Source: Trichinella spiralis (taxonomy: Eukaryota). From it: a stretch of 64,000 nt of DNA. This document shows positions 29,315 through 40,069 of this stretch, piece by piece; within the stretch, counting starts at the first letter, position 1, and each line of letters begins with the position of its first letter. The notes under the pieces were generated by a model that saw only the letters and a program-made list of their open reading frames with translations, was not told where the DNA came from and ran no database searches. The position numbers were made by a program, and so were the translations under genes. The stretch lies in NCBI RefSeq assembly GCF_000181795.1, contig NW_003526943.1, forward strand, positions 3,486,609-3,550,608. Direction: 5' to 3'.

Positions 29315-29734
29315 ATTGCATCGCTGTTTGAGCAAATGAAATAAATTATTTGAGTGAAAAATGTTGTATATATGAAAAGTGACATGTTTACAAAATCAGT
29401 TTTTAATTTTTTTTCATTTTTGCGTATAAGTACCGAAAATTTTAAAATTTAACAACACAAAAATAAATTCCCATCAATTACAAAGCAACTATGAATTCAA
29501 ATTTGATTAGACGTTTTGTTAAAAATTAATTATCAGTAGAAAGTAGTGATGATGAAGTTCAAAAAACTGTAGTACTGTATTTGAATTACTGATACTAAAA
29601 TGTACCAAAACTAATATATACGAATGAATTATACTAATTTATTTAATGCTGAGAAATGTAGAGAGAGAGTGAGAAAAAGATATGTATCAAATAATAAAGC
29701 AAGAGTTTTTTTGTACCTGAAAATCAGTCTCATC

Positions 29735-30146
29735 TGCAACGGACTACGGTAGACAAAGCACCGACCCGTGTATATTGCATTTAACTATCACCGAGCGAAC
29801 GTTATCTCCCTTTTTGTCAGCCCGTTGGAGCGAGCCTAGTAATCGCCGCTAGTTAAGGGCGCCACGGGAGGTCAAGCGGTACATGGTACGGTATATATAA
29901 GGCAGCGACCGTCCACCGGTGTTCAGTAGAGAGCAAAGTGTGGGCAGTGTGTTCGCTTGTATGGCTGTGCGCTGCTGTGTTGTAATGCTGTTATAAATAA
30001 ATAGCTGTGTATCGGACCCGGAGTACGACGAGAGGTCGGAAGGAACCGCGTGCCGTGGTTGGAGAACTGCTAAAGAACTATGCCGTCGAGGAAAGTCGCG
30101 ACGGTTCGGAAGCCGTCGAGCAGACAGACTTGGGCGGCTCGTTGCA
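29735..30146 (+). mobile_element. Solo LTR (412 bp) of an LTR retrotransposon
   Basis: Starts TGCAACG and ends CGTTGCA (7-bp inverted termini, TG...CA). 4-bp TSD CATC at 29731-29734 and 30147-30150. TATATATAA at 29892, AATAAA at 29996. GC-rich against AT-rich flanks. Confidence 0.88.
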
Positions 30147-31715
30147 CATCATTTAACACGTAAGCAATGATATTTCTTTGTTTTACACAAGTAATTGTTT
30201 GATAGTACTGCTGAGTAATTTTTCAATAGAAATAGATTTAATCCTCTGATTGATTGTTGGCGCTATGTGAGTTTTTCTACTCCTGGGGTCAAATTGACTT
30301 TTCGACAGAAAAACGTCGAAAAGCCCGAATGATCTCGATTTCTTGTAAATTTTTTTCATCAGTTGGTATTAGGTTACATATATATTTTATATTTATATCA
30401 AAATTAATTAACTGAAATAATTTTGAAGTCTTTACGTGGTGAAAAATGCAACAAAACTGCCGTTGTAGCTATGTTTATTTACGTTTATTTTGACGTGCTG
30501 GGTTCATTATAGCATTTTTCACAAATCAATGACAGTTATCACTGCGGCAAAATGCTCCATATTTGATGCAACAATTGTTGATTTTATTGTCTTTTTCTGT
30601 TACCAAAAGCTAATCTTTTTTTGGCATCTCTCTTGCATTTCATTCATACTGTAATGAGCTGCTGCTGCCAGCGTGTCGTGTATCGTCGATGCGCGTTGCC
30701 GCATTTCGTTTGCGGTAATCAACGCAAAACCGAACTGAGCCATGCTTGTTTTTTCACTTCCACTACGAGGGAGCTCCACAGCCCAGTGGCAGGTTGGATC
30801 ACGCCTGTTTTTAAGAATTTCCTTTGCCACCTCAGCCACCACGGTAGTAGCCAGACTCATTGACCAGGGCGCTCAGCAAGTTCGCTCATTATGCGCCCGA
30901 TGCCAATGTCCTATATAATTTCCCTCTTGGTTCCTACCTGAGAACCGTTATTAATGGTAATTTCCGAAAATTATTTGGTATTCGAAGTTAACCTGTGTAT
31001 TTGTTATTGTTACGCCCGACGCAATAAACACATTATCTAACTTAAAGTTCGATTTGAAGGATCGCCTGAATTTTGGACCGACGTTTGTCCTCACTGACGG
31101 CTTGGCCTCACTCTTTCAAGTCCGAAGCGGCACAATTATTGAAATCTGACGCTGCTGATTGAATGTGATAAGTGATCCCTATGCCGTCAACGGCGCGTCC
31201 ATCGACCATTTGGTGTGACCGCGACCATTTTGAACAGGAGGGACGTTTTTCCTCTATCCAAGCCATGGACCACCGTAAAGACGTCATCATCAAAGGCCAG
31301 AGACCAGGATAAAAGGAAACCATCTGAAAAACAGTCAGTCAGAGTGTGTTTTCAGCATCATTGTGTGTAGCGCTGTCCTGCAGGTATGTTGTATACTTAT
31401 AACAATACTGTTATTATTCAATGGATAATTATATTCTGTGTTAGATTCCAGTCTTTTACACGTAGTCCCTAAGACATGCTCATCAACAACGGTGCGGGCA
31501 GACGAAGAGGAGAAACAATCTAGTTGGAAGAAAATGGCCGACACATTACATTATGAATAGCTGGAATCCTGTTTTGGATAAAGTGACAGAAGCATGGAGC
31601 AGCTCTACTGATAATTTTTATGGTGACGATGTATCTGATTAGCTGAATCAACAGTGTGGATTTAATTGTTTCTTCAACATCTACTTCAAACGTATTGGTT
31701 GAAAATGGATGAATC

Positions 31716-31918
31716 AATCACCTGAGCGAGACGTCCGCAGTGAGTCATTTACATGCAAATCTGGTCGTGTTTTGACGACAGCACCAGTTTACAGTATGTG
31801 GTTTGTGTGAAGTTCGCCATTACTAGAGCTCTGTAACGGCGAATTGGTCAACCTTGTAGTGCAGCAGAATTAATCACCTGAGCGAAACGTCCGCAGTGAG
31901 TCATTTACATGCAAATCT
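31716..31918 (+). repeat. 47-bp direct repeat pair (31716-31762 and 31872-31918)
   Basis: aatcacctgagcga(g/a)acgtccgcagtgagtcatttacatgcaaatct occurs twice with one mismatch. Confidence 0.92.
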
Positions 31919-32079
31919 CGAAAACCTTCTTCTCAGGAAAAAATCTAAACACTTATTAGTTTGCTAATCACTGCCGATGTCTACACATCTTCTGATGAAT
32001 TGGTTGCTGAATTGCCGTCTCTAAGAAACGGAAGACCAGTTTTTTGTTCAGTCAGGGGTAGAAAAAGACTTAAAAATTC

Positions 32080-32546
32080 GCTAAGATTCTGCCGATCTGA
32101 TGACTCCAGCACGACAGCTGCAATATCGAAATGTAGAAAATTAACTGCAGTTCGAGATGTATGGACAATGTTTCAAACAAATTTGAAAAATCTGTACAAG
32201 CCATCAGCATTCTTGACTGTTGATGAACAACTTGTCTCAACGCGCGGACGAAGCAAACTTCGACAATACATGCCATGCGAATACGGTATATTTTGGTCCT
32301 GTGATGCAGAAACGTCGTACCTTTTGGCCGGAGAAATCTACGTCGGCGGACAGCCAAGCCAGGATGTACTAATGAATGCAGCTAATCTGGTGAAGCGGTA
32401 TCCAGGAAATAACTGAACAAAAAAAAGAGAACAATGCTCACCAGCGCATCACGAAAATGGAAATGCCCATCAAATAACTAGCTTGTCAATGTTCTGCTTT
32501 GATCGGCAGCGCAGCAAATGTTTAGTTTTGATGTCGACAATACATC
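32080..32546 (+). mobile_element. Degenerate piggyBac transposase (DDE_Tnp_1_7) fragment
   Basis: AVRDVWTMFQTNLKNLYKPSAFLTVDEQLVSTRGRSKLRQYMP..YGIFWSCDAETSYL matches the piggyBac core (lTVDEql..frGRc..rqYmp.KpakyG..w..cd). A downstream LVLMSTIH is followed by the TIR element. Deletions and stops are present. Confidence 0.85.
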
Positions 32547-34639
32547 CAGTGAAATTGCGAACTAACACGTAACGTTAGCATTAGTGCCATTTGTAAGCCG
32601 GAAATTGGAAGTGTTGCCACAACATTCCAGATTTTTCAAACCGATTATTCAGTATTCTGACATTACATCCGTTTAGATAAATTTCAACAGGCAACAAATT
32701 TATGTACAAACAGTGGGAGTAACGAACCGCGTTTTTTCTATCTTATTACTTATCTCTTCTCTGTGCTTGACGTTGCTCTGATTTGTCTTATTTCATGGCT
32801 GACAATTTGCATGGAAGCGACACCTCGGCTTTTATGAACTGCTCCAGTTGCTGATCGATGAGCAGGGATCAACGGAAACATTGAATCAGCAGGTAACATC
32901 AGGACGCGTCACCGCCAATGATTTACAAATAAAAAATAAGAAATATGAACAACTGCAGCAACGTATAACAGCGTTGACTGCAGAATACGATGGCGGTACG
33001 CGTACAATGGAACAGTTTTTAAGAGCTGTGGCGTACGTAGTATCCGAGGCGGAGAATTATTGAGTGCCAGCCTTTCCTGTACAAACTGCATTGTTTATTT
33101 TTATTCACTCTTGTACAGTTTTTTATTGCCTTTCTATTGTATGATGTTTTATATTATAATGTTCGTTTGTATTGTATTATGTTATATTGTTGTTTTGTAT
33201 TACACTATGTTATACTTTTTACTGCTGAGTAAACCGTTTAAGTAGGATAGATCATGAGATTCTGTGCTATCCAAAAATAAATTGTCTGATTCATGTCTTC
33301 TCGCATAAATAAAACCATGGCCTACGCATTTAACTCTATGTAAAAAATTCAGAACATTGCAATGAGTATGGAAACAAAAATATCGCCATATTCTTCCATA
33401 AATGATATTAACATTAATACAATATAAAAAACGCCATTTGGCTGAAGTCTGTATTATATTGTTTTTTTTATTTTCTCATCGTAATTTCATTCTCTTACTT
33501 TTCTCGGTCTGAGAACAACAAAATTATCATAAAACAGTCAAAAGGTTAGAAATAAAATTTGACAAATAAAATGCAGAGGTGTGACAACAAATGAAATTTA
33601 GACGCGCGCATCAGAGCAGCAACCAATGAAATTTTACTGCGAAAAGTAGGCGGAGGCAGAGGAGAAATCGGGTTTACTCCAGCAGAAGAAAAAAGTATGC
33701 TTGCTGATCGCAGAGTGCCTTCCACATCGGCACCGCTGAGGAAGAAAAGTTTAACATTATCCGATGCTACGATAGGTGCAATGGTGGATCTTTCTTCCAC
33801 CGTAAGGTGAAAATGGTGGAATAAGAAAAAGCAAATAATGGTGAAAGTTTCATGCCCGTCCATTGAAACTGAATACTGCAAGTATGGGATGTTTCCCTTC
33901 GGTCCCACTATGTCCCCCTTCGGTCTCACTGTTCACTTATTGGTTGTTGACCACGCTATTTTATTGGACCGTCAAATCTTCTCCTTAACGTATTGGTTTT
34001 CCTTGTCTAATAGCTCATTGATTGAAATCTTTCCCTTGTGATTAGCTGTAATATTTTTTCATTTCATTGGTTCAAATATTCCATTTAGGATTACATAACT
34101 TTAATAGTAGTGACGTAGCATTAATTATGGAAGTATTTATTGTTCCAAAATTTTATTGCGTCTGTTTGAAGTTTTGTCATTCATTGAAATTTTGTTTATT
34201 TAAATATATCATTTGTGGTGAAGTTTATACTTTTTCATGATCAGCATTCCCGAAAATAATTTTTATCATTCTATATTTTATTGTACAAAAGTGACGTTAT
34301 ATCAAATGCGATAGTAATAATTCAGAAAAACAATGCAAAAAATAAGTTAAATAGTGATTTTTATTTTTCACTAGCTAACAACAGCAACAAGAACAGTAAT
34401 GAACAGCCAACAACGGTCTAGTACAGATTTCCCTCCTGATACATAAATCTGCTCGCACTATTTGTAAATAAATTTGTTGCCTGTTGGAATTTATCAAGAT
34501 TGGATGCTAACTTCCGGGTGCAATGTCAGAATACTGAATAATCTGTTTGAAAAATCTGGAATGTTGTAGCAACAATTCCAATTTCCGGGTTACAAATGGC
34601 ACTAATGCTAACGTTCCGCGTTAGCTCGCAATTTTACTT
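32547..34639. mobile_element. ~2.1-kb element bounded by ~170-190-bp inverted repeats
   Basis: 32547-32719 (cagtgaaattgcgaactaac...aacgttagcattagtgccatttgtaa...ttccagatttttcaaac...caacaggcaacaaattta) is the reverse complement of 34452-34639, with mismatches and one indel. Confidence 0.85.
32826..33063 (+). mobile_element. MULE transposase C-terminal remnant (second copy)
   Basis: GFYELLQLLIDEQGSTETL...YDGGTRTMEQFLRAVAY is homologous to the peptide at 18830-19100. Confidence 0.55.
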
Positions 34640-34805
34640 AATTTTACGCATGATTAAACGCATATGCCTTTGTGAAACATTGTTCGCGTTTCTCGTCACA
34701 TCACATATGTTGGTAAAGGCGATTGTAATACAATGGAAAAATCAACAAGAATTTCACTCCAGCAATGTACAGTGTGTTTCCTTCATTATTAAGGTTTAGT
34801 TTATT

Positions 34806-35159
34806 TTGGTATTGGATAAAAAGGGCTGCGGTGGTGCCACATGGACCAACCTTGATGTGACATCGGTTATCAAGCGGAATGATCACATCGCAAGCTGCCC
34901 GGTGGTTGAGCACTTGGCATACAAAATGGAAAAGAAAGCGGTTTTGAAGAAGCGCAGTACGGAAGAAACGAAACCCATCCCGGCCATCTATGATGAGGAA
35001 GCTTCCGCCGCGTCCGCCGAGCCATCCACATCTGGCCACTTTCCGCTCTTTAAATGGGTAAAGTCCACGATGTACAGCCACCAGGCAAAGCGATACCCAA
35101 AACTGTCCAGTCATCGTCGGAACCTGCAAATCCCGACTAAATTTTCAAGAACAAGATAA
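34806..35159 (+). mobile_element. MULE transposase N-terminal remnant (end of a FLYWCH-like zinc finger plus linker)
   Basis: KKGCGGATWTN...RNDHIASC...LKKRSTEETKPIPAIYDEE...FPLFKWVKSTMYSHQAKRYPKL follows the pattern that precedes the MULE DDE domain. Truncated at both ends. Confidence 0.6.
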
Positions 35160-36994
35160 TTCGAACAATTTAATTTAGAAATATACTTCCAATTCTTTGA
35201 AATATGTTAACGACGGGTGCAAACAGTGAAAAAGTGGAAATCATTTTTCAGTTTAATGAGCATTATCATTAATTATATACTTTTGTGATTTTTCAGCCAT
35301 GCTTATTAGCTACTAAATGACCACAGTTGAAATTCAACGTTTATTTTTATGAGTATAGTAATGGCCGAGTGTAATCAATAATAGTTATTAAACTGAGATT
35401 AAAATGAATATAAAATATTCTGCGTTTCTGAATATATTTTCGTTATTGCTACTTTATGAAAAGCATTTTCAAAGCTAAATTTACTTCTGTGTAACGTTTG
35501 CTTTAATGTAACTTAACATATATTGAAGTTGTTCACATCAAACTGTAAAATTCCAAAAGCACTTTTTTTGGTATTCTTGTCATATTTAAGATGAAAATAG
35601 TACATGTAAATGTTTTGATTTTCTTTTTCACTTTACTTAATATAATTAACATATCATGTATAGTTATAAGTAAATTTTGAATGTCTGTTCATCAAGCATT
35701 AACAAAGCAGCTGCTGTACATGAAGATGATGACTCATTATTTTTCATCACATTAAGCAAAAATGAAATTATGAAAATCAGAATAAAAATTTTAGAATTAA
35801 AACTCAACAAAATTTAAATATTTTTTTGAAAAGTAATGTTGTTTAAATATTGAATTTTTCATTATTTTTAATTTTATACTTCACAATAGCCATAAACATT
35901 TAGCTAGCGATTGGCTAAAATTTCCATTAGAAAAGGGCAGATTGTAAAATGCCTAACAAAATGCAAGCATGATGCGACCTTTCTTGTAAAATGAAATTTC
36001 GTTGCTTTATTTTGATTAATTATGATTAGCTGTGTTAATTTGCGATTGAAAATTAAATTTAAAAAATTATTTAAAGAATTTGAGGCGCTTGCATCTGTCA
36101 TATGTAAAGAGTCATATTATTTGTTTTACACCAAATTTTAAAATGATTTTTAAAATTATTAAAGAAAAACTTCAAATATTTAAAAGAAAACATTAATTTT
36201 TATCATAAAATTTGAACAAAACATTTCCCTTTGTTCGTATGAGATTTTCACCATTCAAATTTCTAAGTACATGACTGATTGCTTGATCATGTTCTGCAGG
36301 GTTGCAAGTCAAATTCCACAAATGACAACAACACTGATGCACTTTCAAGTTTGATGAACAAGTGGTAAACATTAAAAAGTTATATTTAGAAAAAAATAAA
36401 ATGCAAAATTTTGTTATACGAATATAATAACGTTTTATTCTACAGAATGTGCTTATTTTGTAAAGTTACATTCAAACTAATAATTTAAATTTACATCCAA
36501 ACGTTTACATACACCAAACAACTTCCTTTGAAGACACGATAAAAAACACTTCAATGAATTCAAAAATGTTATGAATCCAGATTATATACTATAATGTCAG
36601 TTTAAATTTGGCTGTATTACAATTACATTATGCTTTTTTGCAGTAAAAAGATTAAAAATGCATTGTGAATTAAAAGTTCAATTTTTTCAGCAGTTTAAAT
36701 TTTCAAAACATTCTGAACATGCATTCGTATAATAAATTTTCACTTGACATTATATTCAATTAAATAAATGATTTGTTAAGATGAATTTTCCACTTTGAAA
36801 ATTATTACAGATCGTAATGACATTTTCGATGTTCAAGTTTTAATAATAAATGTTTATTATTGTTGAAAGAATAAAATTAAACAAAACTACCACGGCAAAT
36901 ATTTTCCGTAGCTAAATTTAGAATTTCTATTTTTACAAAGCAATACTTGAAATGATGAAGTACAAATTGATTCGTGCACATTTATAATGAAAAA

Positions 36995-37050
36995 GTAGGC
37001 GGAGTCGAGAGGGATGCTCTGCCGAGATGCTTATAAAATTGACCAATCAG
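36995..37050 (+). promoter_or_regulatory. GC-box-like and CCAAT elements upstream of the LC8 gene
   Basis: gtaggcggagtc at ~36996 and gaccaatcag at 37041, 120-170 bp upstream of the ATG. Confidence 0.35.
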
Positions 37051-37166
37051 AAATCAGCAAATATCGATTGTTCAGACAAATTGGTTTGGTGCAGTCATTC
37101 TTCCTAGTGACGCTAGTTCGGTTTGTGACGGCTGGTGGTTCTCTTTTCACAAGTTGAATATTGAAA

Positions 37167-38168
37167 ATGGTCGATCGTCAGGCAGTTATTAAAAATTCAG
37201 ATATGTCTGAAGAAATGCAAGCGCACGCAATAGAATGTGCCCAAAAAGCAATGGAAAAGTAAGCTTGATTTTGGTTGGTTCTGATTTTTTTTGTAAAATT
37301 TCCTGGTATCTTTCTGAAAAGTTGTGTGAAATTCCCTTTTGTGAATCGGTTTGTTTTTATTTTTTTCAGTATTATTGTTAAAATTAATTTGTTTAATTGA
37401 ATCAGTAATTTTTCATCTTTTTTAAAATGATTTAATAATAGTTTAATAATTTCACCTGTTTATTAAGTCTGATTGTTTCTAGTTTATTAACTCCATTTTG
37501 ATACTTTTACTTTTCATTTTTTAAAAACAGTTTTGAATGTTTTTAGAAGCATTTTTTAGTTCAGTTTTGGTTTTGAGTTTCTCCAGTTAATATTTCATAG
37601 GTATAGATGTAGATATGCAACTGCTTGGTGATGATTTGTTGACGGCTGGTTGCGCAGCTGATGTGAAAATTCAAATTCATATATGAGAATGTTGATGATA
37701 ATTTACTTCCTTTTTCTTTGCTGGCGTGTGAACGGCTGTCACTTAGAGCATGATGCTTAAATATCATTGGCGGCATTTAGATTGTTTTGGCTATTGCGGC
37801 CATGGTTTTGTTTGGTGGTAGTCTATGGGTTTAATTACTTGTTTTTAAAATCACTAAAAGTGTTACTTTAATCGAAAACAATTTCATGGTTAATATTTGA
37901 GCACAGCATTATATATAATATGTATGAGCGTCAGCTTTGATATTATTTCTATGGCGTTTATTTACCGCTTAATGTGAAATTTTTTTTCAGTTGTAACATC
38001 GAGAAAGATATTGCATCTTACATTAAAAAAGAATTCGACAAACGCTGGAGTCCAACTTGGCACTGCGTCGTGGGTCGTAACTTTGGCTCTTATGTAACTC
38101 ACGAGACGAAGAATTTCATTTATTTCTATTTGGGTCAAGTAGCAATTTTGTTATTCCGAAGTGGCTAA
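37167..38168 (+). CDS. dlc-1: Dynein light chain LC8, 2 exons (37167-37258, 37991-38168)
   Basis: [18 protein letters not shown]...; [57 protein letters not shown]. Confidence 0.95.
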
Positions 38169-38558
38169 TCGACGATGATATTATACCTTTGAAGTTGTGC
38201 GATTACTTCGCTGAATGACATCATAAAATAAAATTATGTAGGAAAATTGTTTTCGGGTTATTTATTCCTTTTTCTTCACTATCTTCTTTTACTTAATAGT
38301 ATATGACTGAACAACATGAATTTTGACAACAATTCTGTTTCTTTTGTAATAGTGTAATTCGTGTGAAATCTTAAAAATATTTTGTCGTGCTTGGAACAAT
38401 GAGTAAATCTTTCAAGTTTTACTTGATAGTGTTGACTACTTTTTACTTCATTTCATGCAAATTATTAAAAAAGATTTATCACTAAACCGCAGAACAAAAG
38501 AAAACCTCACTCAGTGTGAAAATATCACAAATTAATGATGCAAAGAAAAAGTGGTAAG

Positions 38559-39764
38559 CTATCGAATCAGTGATAGTGAAGACTGATGCAAATCCACTTT
38601 CGGCTTAAACATGTTCGACATGATGGAAATGAAAAGCATGTAGCAAGTGACTTGCGGAACGACCTAGAAATAATTATTTACGAAAATATTTATTCTGAAT
38701 TTATACAATGAAATGTTACTTTGCATAAATTGGGAACAACACCGTGGAAAAAACCAGGAATGCCGTTGATTTTGTAAGCATTCCAAGCCAGGGAAAGTAT
38801 ATTCAATCCTTTGGCATCTGTGTAACCATAATTTGGTAACCGGGGGCTGGAAGCCTGGTGAATAATTAAACTTGTAAATAGAACTTTTTATAAAAGTAAC
38901 ACAAATAAATAATACCATAACTTTATGCCGAATAACATCGAACGGTTGGCTGGCAACACAAGCTGCACTTACTGCTATCATGCCCCACAGGTAAGATTCT
39001 CCAATTATGAATGGTTCCGCACCTCGTGCGCGCCATGGCAAACCATCACAAATATCCCAGGCGGAAAACATCGTCCCACTGAATATGCAACCTCCTAAAA
39101 AAGGCATCATCAATTTCAAGAAACTATATTTTAAAAATTACATTCTCAACACTTTTTTTTCGTACTAATAAATTATACAAAATACCTACCAATAATCGAT
39201 GGAAGTAAACCTCTATAAAGACTAAAAAGTCCTTCAGTTTTCACCATTTTCGTAATAACATCTGCCGTATCACGATAAAACTGTCGTTTCAACGTAGATG
39301 GTTGAACAAGAAGGCGAGTTTTCACCACATCCAACGGATGTGTTATCAATGTGGCTATTGTATTTCCAATACACCCAAATGTGAACAACTGTCCCGCTCT
39401 TGTACCATTAGGCTTTTCAACAGGTTTCATATTTCTGAATAATAAAGAAATAACAAAAATCGCAAATAAAAAAGAAAAATGCATACTTAGTAAAATGATT
39501 AAAAATGGTGCACTGGATGGCGACGTGAGGAACGATTCTTGCCACTGAAATGGGCAAAGCTTTCACAAATCCACTGGCGCCTTCTTGTTTGTATATCCAA
39601 TAAGCGCCTTTGAAAATACCCATCCTGCCACCGGGCATGCCAGATTCAGTTTGTATTTTCAAAACTGAAAACGGATGTGCAATTGTTCGCCCAATGCCAG
39701 CCGCGGTACCGAAGAGAAAAAAATTCGTCGCTGGTCCAAAATTTCGATTTGCCGTTTCTCGCAT
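38559..39764 (-). CDS. Mitochondrial carrier (SLC25), SLC25A43-like, multi-exon
   Basis: Three carrier repeats with HPFSVLK, HPLDVVKTRL and QPFDVIRHK signatures. Also EGLFSLYRGLLPSIIG and GIPGFFHGVVPNLCK. Confidence 0.88.
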
Positions 39765-40003
39765 GTCTACAATTCAAGTCAAATACATCAAATTTAACAA
39801 ATATATGATTTTCTTCTATATAAAAATCATCTAATGATTGCAATACAATAATACAGTAAACGATATTTAAGTTCAACTTTGAAATAATAAATTAGAAAAA
39901 AAATATATAATATTTTAATGGTGACACAATTCATATAATTAATAAACTATGTAGAAAACTGTACTTCCTAGAAATCAAGCAGCATGTTTTCAAAAGTCAT
40001 AAG

Positions 40004-40017
40004 GTTACCATAGAAAC
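40004..40017 (+). promoter_or_regulatory. X-box (RFX/DAF-19 site) upstream of WDR60
   Basis: GTTACCATAGAAAC fits the GTTNCC-AT-RGNAAC consensus and lies ~50 bp before the likely ATG (40070) of a ciliary gene. Confidence 0.8.
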
Positions 40018-40069
40018 CGTGAAGAACGATATCACAGCAAACGCTGGACAAGGTGCAAATCAACGATCA

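Noticed and set aside
30280..31700. Short ORFs of 65-86 aa as host genes
   Set aside because: No coherent exon chain or recognisable protein. They lie in the TE cluster and are probably decayed transposon sequence, but the family cannot be called confidently.
31716..31918. CRISPR-like repeat-spacer-repeat
   Set aside because: Only two units, a 109-bp spacer, eukaryotic TE context and no cas genes.
35200..36950. Long AT-rich ORF-free stretch as a possible ncRNA locus
   Set aside because: No tRNA/snRNA/SL-RNA hallmarks or repeats seen; treated as ordinary intergenic DNA.
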